From positions 1 through 64,000 of IMG/VR virus record IMGVR_UViG_3300023184_000070: a stretch of DNA of 64,000 nucleotides; one strand, given 5' to 3'. Made by a program: the position numbers and the translations under genes. Below the pieces are notes generated by a model. That model saw only the letters and a list, made by a program, of their open reading frames with translations. It did no database searches and was not told where the DNA came from. The stretch comes from a virus. This document shows, in pieces, positions 21,020-29,532 of the stretch; positions within the stretch are counted from its first letter, which is position 1, and each line of letters opens with the position of its first letter.

Positions 21020-21448
21020 TTAAATTATAAAAGGTACCCGAGTACTAGCGTACCCATGCAATATTACAATAGGTTGCAAATTGTTTGGCGTACTGGTAAA
21101 AGTAATTGATGAGCCAGTAACAGTATATGCCACCCCAGGATTTTGAAATACATTACCAATGTAAACCAGCATTAAATTTTCGTTACCGTTGGCATAAGAA
21201 ACACTCAGTGGACCAAATTGTATTGCAGCGCCGTCGCCGTAGAACGTATCCTTTTTTACTTCAACTGCGCCTTCTGCGGCAATAGTCCGCCAGCTGCCAG
21301 TCGAGTAATACTCAAGTTTAGCACTGTCTCTATTCAATCTAAACAGTCCGTCTACTGGAGTACCATGTCCCTGCGAGCTGTAACCTCGAGGTGCCCTAAT
21401 ACTGTAACCAGCTGACTGTAATTCTTTATTTTTAAGATATCTGCCCAT
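21020..21448 (-). CDS. Virion structural protein, 142 aa
   Basis: GDG...LVYIGNVFQNPGVAYTVTGSSITFTSTP Ig-like virion repeat. Confidence 0.65.
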   Translation of the reverse strand: MGRYLKNKELQSAGYSIRAPRGYSSQGHGTPVDGLFRLNRDSAKLEYYSTGSWRTIAAEGAVEVKKDTFYGDGAAIQFGPLSVSYANGNENLMLVYIGNVFQNPGVAYTVTGSSITFTSTPNNLQPIVILHGYASTRVPFII

Positions 21449-21451
21449 ATT

Positions 21452-21766
21452 TTAAACTGCAATTGTATTTACGGTAGCTATTAAACTACTACCCACTGAC
21501 GCAACTCCCCAAATGCCGTCACCACTGTCTAATATTAATCTTTCAGTATCTAGTACATACGTATCACCAGCGGTTAGATTTACTTCTTTATAGATAATAG
21601 TAGTTCCGTCTGCTTGACCACCTGATGGTACTGCATACAAGTTAAACTGTATGGTGTCTGTTGGGTGTGTGTTGCAAATATAAATCACAATCACTGCATT
21701 TGTAGTACCAGTACTGGTAAACAAAGAGCTAGGTGATGTAGATAATGTAAAATTGTTTAATGCCAT
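21452..21766 (-). CDS. Small virion-associated protein (LxLxxGD family), 104 aa
   Basis: IYICN...ERLILDSGDGI; third member of the small paralog family. Confidence 0.65.
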   Translation of the reverse strand: MALNNFTLSTSPSSLFTSTGTTNAVIVIYICNTHPTDTIQFNLYAVPSGGQADGTTIIYKEVNLTAGDTYVLDTERLILDSGDGIWGVASVGSSLIATVNTIAV

Positions 21767-21773
21767 GTTATTC

Positions 21774-22361
21774 CTATAATATCAATGAGTAAAGAAATGC
21801 TTTCTTTTTGGTGATTAACTCTTCACCAACATTTTTTTGATTGCTAACAAACAGTCCAGTATTTCCGTCACTGACTGCTTTAGCATAAATTGTACTGTAG
21901 CCAGCAGTAGCCGGTTCATCGCTGGTAATTTGATGAACTCGGATAGCACTATCAATATTGACGTTTCCGTTGTTGCTCCAGATACTATAACCATTTACGT
22001 CTAGGTTTCCACCTAATTTTGGAGTTTTATCTTGGTAAACAATGGTTCTCCCAAACACACTCCAGCCAGTAGTATCATTTACTTCCCATTGCTGTAATTC
22101 TTCGTGCCAGCGCAAACCAGCCGGTAAATTTGGATCACCACGGTCAACATAAAGCCCAGCATCAATAATTGGACCACCGGGTTGCCCAGCTTCCAATGTG
22201 ATAAAATTTTCGTAGACATAATTGTTGATAGCATCTACATTAGCAATGCTATGGGTAACAACCAAATTCCCATCAATGGTAAAATTTTGAGTGTTTACAT
22301 AAACACTACCATCTACTGTAATGAGACTATAGTCCCCGGCTGTGCGTTTTACGGTGCTCAT
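21774..22361 (-). CDS. Virion structural protein, 195 aa
   Basis: DKTPKLGGNLDVNG motif common in phage fibre proteins; TATAAATA upstream. Confidence 0.65.
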   Translation of the reverse strand: MSTVKRTAGDYSLITVDGSVYVNTQNFTIDGNLVVTHSIANVDAINNYVYENFITLEAGQPGGPIIDAGLYVDRGDPNLPAGLRWHEELQQWEVNDTTGWSVFGRTIVYQDKTPKLGGNLDVNGYSIWSNNGNVNIDSAIRVHQITSDEPATAGYSTIYAKAVSDGNTGLFVSNQKNVGEELITKKKAFLYSLIL

Positions 22362-22382
22362 TGGTTATCCTGAAGTATACAG

Positions 22383-22390
22383 TATTTATA
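22383..22390 (-). promoter_or_regulatory. T4-type late promoter TATAAATA
   Basis: Exact T4 late -10 consensus between a terminator and the 22361 start; a gp55-like sigma is encoded in the window. Confidence 0.8.
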
Positions 22391-22404
22391 CAAAAGAAAA
22401 AGAT

Positions 22405-22433
22405 AAAAAAATAGCTGCCTCGGCAGCTATTTT
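22405..22433 (-). terminator. Rho-independent terminator
   Basis: aaaatagctgcc-tc-ggcagctatttt inverted repeat with a U-run on the minus strand. Confidence 0.8.
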
Positions 22434-22447
22434 AATTCAAAACAAGT

Positions 22448-23383
22448 TTAAGCGTTTTCAATTCTGACACAATTATTAGTAGAATCAAGTGCCCATTTTA
22501 CCGATGCACCGTTAGCATACAACCATGCATTTGCGCCGTTTTGTGTTTTGCGATATAATGATGCTTTACGTGCTGTTAGCTTGGTAACAAAATATGTGTT
22601 GCCGTTGTCGTCAGTAGCAACCATGTACGCTTTGCCAACAGCTGGGGTATCATCCGCAACTAGGTTACAAACTCCAACACCATCCACTGTTGTTTTAACT
22701 TTGTATCCACGTGCGCGAACTTGACGGATGATATCGGCTATTGCCGTAGTTCCATCCACATTGGCACGGATGATGATTGCGTTTTCTTGATTGGTTGAAC
22801 TACCAACTGCTCCAGTGTCCACGGCAATAGTTGCTACTGTGGCTGTTGCGGCTGAGCCAGTGTTTGCACCAGTAATAGTCACTGTTGATCCTACTTTATG
22901 TCCAGATCCTGCTGTTGCTACTTGAATAGATTTTACACGATATGTCAGTGTTAGAGTACAACCTAGGCCTGCCACAGAGTCAGTTGTTGTGGCTTGAGCA
23001 CCAGTTGCTAGTACTCCAGCAAATGTTCCACGTGTTAACGGTGCGGCTGCGGTTACTATACCGGCGCCGTCTGCTGTTACTGTAAATGTTGCTACACCGC
23101 TGGCTGTAGTAACTGTTAAAATATCACCAGTAACATAGTTATCTGCACCGGCACCACCACCAGCTGTAACTACTGCTGAAGCAACTTCTAATGTTGTTGT
23201 ACCAGTTGCTGTAACTCCGTCTGGAAGGAAAGGTGTTACAGTTGCCGTTGGTCTAACTTGATATGTACCACCAGTTGCTACTGTAAATGTTGCTACTGCA
23301 CCACCACCAATACCATCATCGGTTGTGCCTGCGGCACCAATGTTTCTATTACCAAAATATTTTTTGTTTAAAGGACGTCCCAT
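22448..23383 (-). CDS. Thr/Ala/Gly-rich virion structural (possible decoration) protein, 311 aa
   Basis: Start moved to ATG 23383 (MGRPLNKKYFG) with a purine-rich SD, which removes the overlap with 23407-23892. Confidence 0.7.
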   Translation of the reverse strand: MGRPLNKKYFGNRNIGAAGTTDDGIGGGAVATFTVATGGTYQVRPTATVTPFLPDGVTATGTTTLEVASAVVTAGGGAGADNYVTGDILTVTTASGVATFTVTADGAGIVTAAAPLTRGTFAGVLATGAQATTTDSVAGLGCTLTLTYRVKSIQVATAGSGHKVGSTVTITGANTGSAATATVATIAVDTGAVGSSTNQENAIIIRANVDGTTAIADIIRQVRARGYKVKTTVDGVGVCNLVADDTPAVGKAYMVATDDNGNTYFVTKLTARKASLYRKTQNGANAWLYANGASVKWALDSTNNCVRIENA

Positions 23384-23406
23384 TTTATATCTCTCTTTCT
23401 TTATAA

Positions 23407-23892
23407 TTAAACTGGATTTGGATCTTGTGATGTAAACGACGTAATCCACCATGTGCCAGTTCCGGCATCAAATGTGAAGGTCCAAACGGCATTTCCCCAT
23501 TCACGACTGTAGTCAGTGGTGTCTTCAATAGTAGTTTCGCCGCCCGGTTGCATGTAGATGCTGTGATATGTTTGAGCATTTACAGCGTCACGTTTGATAA
23601 TGTATTGTTTTCCGTCTACCGCAGTTTGTGGTAGATATACAGTAGTGCCACGATAGGTTACTGGATTAACAATAACAAAGTGATCCGATGGCAGTAGAGT
23701 ATATTCATAATCATCGTCATTTGCTGTAACTCTTGTAACTTGTACTACACCAGTTACGCCGCCTGCTGATACACCATCGCTAACACGCAAAGCTGGTGTT
23801 GATGGATCATAAAACATGTCACCTGCGTGACCAACGTGAGTGTCGGCGTTGTCATTTACATGCTTGTAATGTATTTTTCTTGTGTTTGCCAT
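23407..23892 (-). CDS. Virion-associated hypothetical protein, 161 aa
   Basis: AAGGAG SD; GHAGDMFYD...LRVSDGVSAGG N-terminal motif and VYLP...DGKQYIIK fibre-type C-terminal module. Confidence 0.7.
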   Translation of the reverse strand: MANTRKIHYKHVNDNADTHVGHAGDMFYDPSTPALRVSDGVSAGGVTGVVQVTRVTANDDDYEYTLLPSDHFVIVNPVTYRGTTVYLPQTAVDGKQYIIKRDAVNAQTYHSIYMQPGGETTIEDTTDYSREWGNAVWTFTFDAGTGTWWITSFTSQDPNPV

Positions 23893-23985
23893 TTTGTTTT
23901 CTCCTTGTGAAACACGGCGTTCTAGGCCGTACGCGGTTGGATTTCCGCATAAGACTCACACCATGTGAATCGTACTAGATATTTA
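23893..23985 (-). promoter_or_regulatory. Late promoter (TAAATA) plus three-hairpin structured 5' leader
   Basis: TAAATA 23980-23985; stems 23953-60/23964-71, 23930-36/23945-51 and 23914-18/23926-30; SD 23901-23906. Confidence 0.6.
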
Positions 23986-24639
23986 TTAATTTAATTCAAA
24001 AAGCAGCAAATGGGGCCTACCAATTGGTACTACCAAACTTACCTGATCTATTTCTATTGCATCGCCCTCGTTTAATACTGTATCGTTAACAGTACAACTA
24101 CCTTCTAGTACCAACAAGTAACTAAAATCATTTGTTCTTAGATTTTGATCCAATACACCGGCCCAACAACTGAATCTAGTGTTTTTGAATACAATTGGCA
24201 GCTGAGCAAAGCCAGGCTGGCGATCAATAAAATCGTATTTGGGAGTTCTATCCCAATCTATCGTATTGGGATATACCCATATCTGTAGATATCTATTAGG
24301 CTCAATGCCTTCGTTAGATAGCTCGTGCCATATGCTGTTGCCGCACCAAAAATGTTGTATTTGCCCAGCCCGGGCTGTGTTGTCATTACCAATGTTATCC
24401 CGATGTCTACATTGACCGGCAATGACATAATTAATTATGTCTAGTCCACGATGTTCGTGCCAGCTGGTAATAAATCCCGGTTGAGTGCGATCATCATTGA
24501 TTGTTGTCACCGGGCCCCAATTGGTATATTTGGGATCACGATAATTCATGCAACTAAAACTACGATAACTTTGATAATTGTCTTCGCCTAACCGATTGGT
24601 TGGTATAAATCCTCTAGTGGCAGCTGGTCTAATTTTCAT
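23986..24639 (-). CDS. Pirin family (YhhW-like bicupin) protein
   Basis: SYRSFS...INDD...HEHRGLDIINYV..G...HRDNIGN...GQIQ...G.SIWHE...LQIWV.P follows the pirin motif order. Confidence 0.85.
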   Translation of the reverse strand: MKIRPAATRGFIPTNRLGEDNYQSYRSFSCMNYRDPKYTNWGPVTTINDDRTQPGFITSWHEHRGLDIINYVIAGQCRHRDNIGNDNTARAGQIQHFWCGNSIWHELSNEGIEPNRYLQIWVYPNTIDWDRTPKYDFIDRQPGFAQLPIVFKNTRFSCWAGVLDQNLRTNDFSYLLVLEGSCTVNDTVLNEGDAIEIDQVSLVVPIGRPHLLLFELN

Positions 24640-24659
24640 ATACAGTATTTAACAGCCGT

Positions 24660-24686
24660 AAAAAAGCCTACTATAAAAGTAGGCTT
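24660..24686 (-). terminator. Rho-independent terminator
   Basis: aagcctact-ataaa-agtaggctt with a U-run on the minus strand. Confidence 0.75.
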
Positions 24687-24705
24687 GATTTTAAATAACT
24701 ATCAA

Positions 24706-25110
24706 TTAACAATCGTTAACGATACTGTAGCCTGTTAGTTCACCATTCCATACGCGACAGCTAGAACCGCATGCAGCATCAACAATCTCTTCAAGCGCAG
24801 CTACACGATATTGGTCTTGATTTTGTTGATTTTGTTGCTTGGTTACTGCATCAATGTTAAACGGTGCAGTGTTTGCTGACGCAATTACTGTAAACCAATC
24901 TCCGTCTGGAGCTCCAACTGCATAAAGCTCAATGCGTTGTTGCAATGCTTTAACTGCTTGCTCGTATAAGCTACCCGAATCTAGATAGTTGTTTTCAACG
25001 TTAGTCTGCATATCAACCTGGAAATACGATAGTTCACGTGTACCAAACTGTGAAGATGGTTGTGCTTTTTCGTAGTTTCTAGCGAAGTCTGTTCCTGTTA
25101 AATCTGGCAT
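24706..25110 (-). CDS. Hypothetical late protein, 134 aa (possible capsid accessory)
   Basis: Own TAAATA, AAGGA SD and terminator; lies directly after the capsid gene. Confidence 0.65.
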   Translation of the reverse strand: MPDLTGTDFARNYEKAQPSSQFGTRELSYFQVDMQTNVENNYLDSGSLYEQAVKALQQRIELYAVGAPDGDWFTVIASANTAPFNIDAVTKQQNQQNQDQYRVAALEEIVDAACGSSCRVWNGELTGYSIVNDC

Positions 25111-25154
25111 AATAAATCCTTTAAAGTTTATAATATTATTTATTCAATTTCAAC

Positions 25155-25177
25155 AAAAAAGCGCCCTTAGGCGCTTT
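25155..25177 (-). terminator. Terminator of the capsid operon
   Basis: aaagcgcc-ctta-ggcgcttt followed by a U-run on the minus strand. Confidence 0.8.
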
Positions 25178-25219
25178 AATGTAACTTCCCATCCCGAGGG
25201 TAAAAAGTTGGTCCTACTA

Positions 25220-26398
25220 TTAATAGAACGATAGATTTGCAACTTCGATCTCAGAAACGTAGTCACCTGCGTTACCTAGAGAACTTGCTGTGTTGGTCAA
25301 CTCAACATATCCATAACGAGTCATAAAGCCTACGACTGGTTCGAATGTGTTTGGATCCAATACAACACCACTGCTCATCAAAGGAATGTATGGGCAATAG
25401 AATGCTGCTGCGTCTGCTTCGCTAGAACCTTTGTAGCCAACCAATACTGGTGTGCTGTCATTGGCATAGCTGTCAACATAGATACGCATTGCACCGTTCA
25501 ATGTACCAACAAACTTGGTGTTTGTAGGTGCTTCAAATGTACCTTCTGTGGTACGTGCAAAGGCACTGGTAGTAGCACTTTGTAGAACTGTCAATGCAGC
25601 TGGACTTACAATAGCCCAGTTACCAGCGCCACGACGTGTACGTTGTGCGATCAAGTTGGCACTACGATTGATCAATACTGCAAGAGCAGCGTGCTCATCA
25701 CCAACGAATGTAGCGGTACCGCTGACATTAGCTTGGTCATAAGTGAACTCAGGAGCAGCCAAGGCACGTAAAGAACCTAGGATCTCTTGATCAATTTCAA
25801 CTGTGATTTCTTGTGCAAGTGCAGCCATGATTTCTGCCTCAACGTCCAAACCATGCATGGCTTGTGCGTCTTGAGCAGCTTCAAAAGTCCAACGAGCAGA
25901 CATTTTACGTGTCTTAGCTTCGACGACTTGTTTCATGATCTGTACGTTGATCTTACGACCTGGTACGCCTTCTAGACTGCTGGTGCTAGTTGCGCGGCCA
26001 GTGCTAGAGTCGCCAGAATAAGCAACTGCAATCTTGAATGGGCTCAATGCTTCGTCACCAGCGGTTGTGTTGGTGCCATAGCTGCTGCCGTCATTCATGC
26101 TTTCAGCGTAACGAACACGTAGAGTGTGGATCTGTGCAACAGGTCCTGTCATTGGCTGAACGCCGATGATTTCGTTAGCGATAACTGTTGGCATTACACG
26201 ACGGATAACTGGTAGAATAACACGGTTAAGTGTTGCTACGTTGCTAGCTTGTGTTGCGCCTAGAGTTGCATTTTCTTGCAAGTGCTTGCGTGTGTTTTCT
26301 AATACCACTGCCATTGATGTGCGGCGTGACCCTTGTAGGCCTTCCAGCAGGGCATCTTTAGTTTCGCCCCAACGGCTTTCCAATAGTTGTTGTGTCAT
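25220..26398 (-). CDS. gp23: Major capsid protein (T4 gp23-like)
   Basis: IGVQPMTGP, VEAKTRKMSARWTFEAAQD, EITVEIDQE, TRRGAGN, FYCPYIPL, FMTRYG. Confidence 0.97.
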   Translation of the reverse strand: MTQQLLESRWGETKDALLEGLQGSRRTSMAVVLENTRKHLQENATLGATQASNVATLNRVILPVIRRVMPTVIANEIIGVQPMTGPVAQIHTLRVRYAESMNDGSSYGTNTTAGDEALSPFKIAVAYSGDSSTGRATSTSSLEGVPGRKINVQIMKQVVEAKTRKMSARWTFEAAQDAQAMHGLDVEAEIMAALAQEITVEIDQEILGSLRALAAPEFTYDQANVSGTATFVGDEHAALAVLINRSANLIAQRTRRGAGNWAIVSPAALTVLQSATTSAFARTTEGTFEAPTNTKFVGTLNGAMRIYVDSYANDSTPVLVGYKGSSEADAAAFYCPYIPLMSSGVVLDPNTFEPVVGFMTRYGYVELTNTASSLGNAGDYVSEIEVANLSFY

Positions 26399-26425
26399 TT
26401 TTCTTTTCCTTTAAGGTTAACTATT

Positions 26426-27520
26426 TTATTTTAGCCCTGCTAAACGCTTCAAATCAATGACATTTGTGTCAGAGTTCTGTGCAGATTTAGCAGATTTATC
26501 TCCAGTAACTTCACTTCTGCTTTCAGTTAGTGCGGTCTTTTCAGAACGCTTAACTGGTGCATTGTTCAGCACTGCTGGTAGATACTTTTCAAATGCAGAC
26601 TGCAACTTATCAGTCTGTACATTTTCCAGAAGCTCTGTCATCACAGTAGCTTTTTCTTGATTAAGGGGTTTCAATAAGCTGGACATTGCTGCACGGCGCT
26701 CCATTGATTCCTTAATAATACGCAGCTCACGATCCTTGCTCTCAACTACACGTTCCTTTGCAGTAACGGTACTGGAGATTGATGTAATCGCTTGCTTTTG
26801 TTTTTCAATTGTTTCATGTAGTTTGCGGATTTCTTTGTTCTCATTTAAGTGAGTAACTGAGAATTCGCTTGCAAATGCTTCGAACAATCTACGTCCAAAC
26901 ATGTTCTCACGAGCAGTTTGAATGTCTTCTTTTAACTGGGTCAATTCAGTTTTTAGATTAGCGGCAACAGCTTCTTTAACTAGCTTGCTGCTACGGGCGA
27001 TAAAACGTCCTTGCAGTTCATCTAGTTTAGCACGGGCAGTAGAGATCAAGCGAACTTTAGTTTCTACTACTTGCTTCTTGTCGGCAGCGAATTCTTTAAT
27101 TTCCTCTGCAAGTGCATGTACTACGAATTTTTCTAGGCGTGCAAAGTTTTCAGTTTGACGCTTGCGATCACTACGTAGTTCTTGGATTTCTTCGCTCAAC
27201 TTCTTAACTAAGAAGCTGTCAAATCGTCCAGCACTTTCCATCATGTGATTTTTAAATTTCACACGATCTTCGACCATGGCTTGTTTTTCCCCTGCAAATT
27301 CTGCAATTTCAGCGGTCAAGCCTTCTGTTACCATTTTGTCCAAAGCTTCGACCATTACTTTTTTGTCATGCTCATATCGGCTAGCCATTTCTTCACGCAA
27401 TTCAGCGCGAATATGCTCCCGTGCCTCAACTAGCTTGGTATCCCACGCTTCGCTGATCGCTGTACGAGTTTCCTCGTTGACAATGCTGGCATCTAACAAT
27501 GGTTTCAATGTATCGAACAT
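26426..27520 (-). CDS. gp22: Prohead core scaffold protein (gp22-like)
   Basis: Glu/Lys-rich coiled coil with FGRRLFEAFASEF, located between protease and capsid genes. Confidence 0.85.
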   Translation of the reverse strand: MFDTLKPLLDASIVNEETRTAISEAWDTKLVEAREHIRAELREEMASRYEHDKKVMVEALDKMVTEGLTAEIAEFAGEKQAMVEDRVKFKNHMMESAGRFDSFLVKKLSEEIQELRSDRKRQTENFARLEKFVVHALAEEIKEFAADKKQVVETKVRLISTARAKLDELQGRFIARSSKLVKEAVAANLKTELTQLKEDIQTARENMFGRRLFEAFASEFSVTHLNENKEIRKLHETIEKQKQAITSISSTVTAKERVVESKDRELRIIKESMERRAAMSSLLKPLNQEKATVMTELLENVQTDKLQSAFEKYLPAVLNNAPVKRSEKTALTESRSEVTGDKSAKSAQNSDTNVIDLKRLAGLK

Positions 27521-27619
27521 TGTGGTTCTCCTGTTCTAAACTGTTTACTTTTTAGTAATCATCTTGCAGTTTGGCAAGGTTTCAAATAACCCAATTTGGG
27601 TTACTGGAAATTTTTCACT

Positions 27620-28261
27620 CTATAATTTTAAATCAGCAATTACTTTTAATACTTCTTGTTTTAAATACTTTTGCACTCTTGGATCAGTCTTAGCATCTCC
27701 TGCCATTTCTAAAATCTTATTGCCACCCGACATATTCATTAGGCCTTCATAGATGGCTTTTGGATATGCGTTAGGGGCACTAGGTTGTGCTACAATATCT
27801 ACAGTTACTATTTCAAACTCGCTAACTTGTCCGTTACCTTCGTTGACATTGCCGCTACCTCTGCTGCTAACGCCCAACTTAACTCCGCTTTGCAACATGG
27901 TAATAACCAGTTGTCCCATTGGAGTAGGCAATATTTTTAACTTACCAAAGCCATTGGGGCCATCCATCCACATGTCAGTGATCATATGGCAAACACGATC
28001 CAAGTTGATTTTTAAGTCTTCAGGGTGATCTAACTCACCTAGAACACTGTAACCATCTTTGATCTGCTTGTCAATTGTAGCCACTGCACGAGATATCTCA
28101 TCAGTTGGGTAAACACGCTGGTTAGCATTTTTAACACCGCCTTGAATGAAGATACCTTTCATGTAGTAATTCTTACCAGAGCTACCATCACTGGAAGCTT
28201 CCGCCAGGACTTCCATCCTGGCGTTGTCAAATGTAAGATGTTCTCTTAGATAAGCTACCAT
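27620..28261 (-). CDS. gp21: Prohead protease (gp21-like)
   Basis: GIFIQ...NANQRVYP, LGELDHP, ILPTPMG, LGVSSRGSG, DIVAQPSAPNA. Confidence 0.95.
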   Translation of the reverse strand: MVAYLREHLTFDNARMEVLAEASSDGSSGKNYYMKGIFIQGGVKNANQRVYPTDEISRAVATIDKQIKDGYSVLGELDHPEDLKINLDRVCHMITDMWMDGPNGFGKLKILPTPMGQLVITMLQSGVKLGVSSRGSGNVNEGNGQVSEFEIVTVDIVAQPSAPNAYPKAIYEGLMNMSGGNKILEMAGDAKTDPRVQKYLKQEVLKVIADLKL

Positions 28262-28270
28262 AAGTGACTA

Positions 28271-29179
28271 TTAACGAATTTTTCCGCCAACTACGCTCTT
28301 GCTAGTTACTGGCAATTTACCGTCAGTAGTTTCGCCTTCTTTGCCTTTAGCTTTTTCATAGCTGGTAGCACGAGTTGTGTAACCTTTGGTGTGTGCATTA
28401 GGGGTGTTCTCAAAAGAACCTGCGCCTTTTAATTCGCCACGACCTTTAGTGTACTGGTTGTTTGGTGTTGGAACTGGCTTACCATCAGCTGACTGCTCTG
28501 TACCACCTTTAAGCAAATCGTTAGAGTTGCTCATTCTGTTTGGCTTAGCTACAATGCTTTGCTTGTTAAGAGCAGGAGCGTCGCCGCCTTTACCGACAGT
28601 CTTGCCTTCACCAGTAGCTGGGGCTTGCTTGTAAACTTGTCCGTGATCTTCAACATACTCGCGCATGATGCTTTCGTCTTCGGCGCCAGGAGCACCAAAT
28701 TCACCACCCATGTCGTCACCACCCATGTCGTCCATGCCACCCATGTCGTCACCACCCATGTCGTCACCACCTTTGCCCATTAACTGGTCAAATTCAGCTT
28801 TAAGTTCATCAAGAGCAGACTCTAGGTCCATGATGGTGTTTTCAATTTTTTCTTCTGGTGTGCCTTCTTCGCCGCCCATGTCGTCCATGCCGCCCATGTC
28901 GTCACCACCTAGATCGTCACCACCTAATTCGTCGGTGTCGCTATCCATTGGCTCATCACCTAATTCTTCTTCTTCTTGCATGCCAGATTCGTCAGTAGTA
29001 ACATCGTTCATGATGCCCTGTACTTGGTTTCCGCCAATGCTTTCGTCGAAATCTTCTTCGTCAATGAGACTTTCATAGATGTCGCGGCTTTTCTCAACCA
29101 CCAATTGATGGAAAAGATCACGTGCTTTATCTTCTTGTTCATTGATAATAAATTCAATTAATTGTTCATACTTGTTCAT
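28271..29179 (-). CDS. Acidic prohead core protein (gp67/gp68 position) with GGDDM repeats
   Basis: Very acidic; GGDDMGGMDDM repeats at about 28705-28770 and 28871-28925; AAGGAG SD; TAAATA upstream. Confidence 0.7.
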   Translation of the reverse strand: MNKYEQLIEFIINEQEDKARDLFHQLVVEKSRDIYESLIDEEDFDESIGGNQVQGIMNDVTTDESGMQEEEELGDEPMDSDTDELGGDDLGGDDMGGMDDMGGEEGTPEEKIENTIMDLESALDELKAEFDQLMGKGGDDMGGDDMGGMDDMGGDDMGGEFGAPGAEDESIMREYVEDHGQVYKQAPATGEGKTVGKGGDAPALNKQSIVAKPNRMSNSNDLLKGGTEQSADGKPVPTPNNQYTKGRGELKGAGSFENTPNAHTKGYTTRATSYEKAKGKEGETTDGKLPVTSKSVVGGKIR

Positions 29180-29287
29180 GAGAACTCCTTGTTAATAATG
29201 AAGCTTGTACATTATTTACATAATATACAAATATTTTGGTTATAATGGGTGTTTTTTAATGGTTTTTGCGGACTAATCCGTAAAACA

Positions 29288-29509
29288 TTATAAAGATGGG
29301 GCTTCAACAGGTGGTTTATACTGTGTAGCCACTGTTTTTAGCTTTTGTTCATGCTCAAGTTTACGCACATCATTCATAATCCTAAGGCGGTTTAACTGTT
29401 CTAGACTAAGTCTACTTTTACGTAGATCACTTAATTTAAGAACAGTATTATCCTCTTTTTCTGTAGAGTATCCTGTAGGAGTAGGCGCGAATAGTTCAGT
29501 TACATACAT
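29288..29509 (-). CDS. Small conserved head-module protein, 73 aa
   Basis: RKSRLSLEQLNRLR motif; TAAATA 5 nt before the ATG. Confidence 0.7.
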   Translation of the reverse strand: MYVTELFAPTPTGYSTEKEDNTVLKLSDLRKSRLSLEQLNRLRIMNDVRKLEHEQKLKTVATQYKPPVEAPSL

Positions 29510-29532
29510 AGTGTTATTTAACTAAATTTCAA

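Noticed and set aside
29264-29285. TTTTGCGGA/TCCGTAAAA hairpin as a terminator
   Set aside because: Real inverted repeat, but no U-tract follows on the coding strand, so it is not called.
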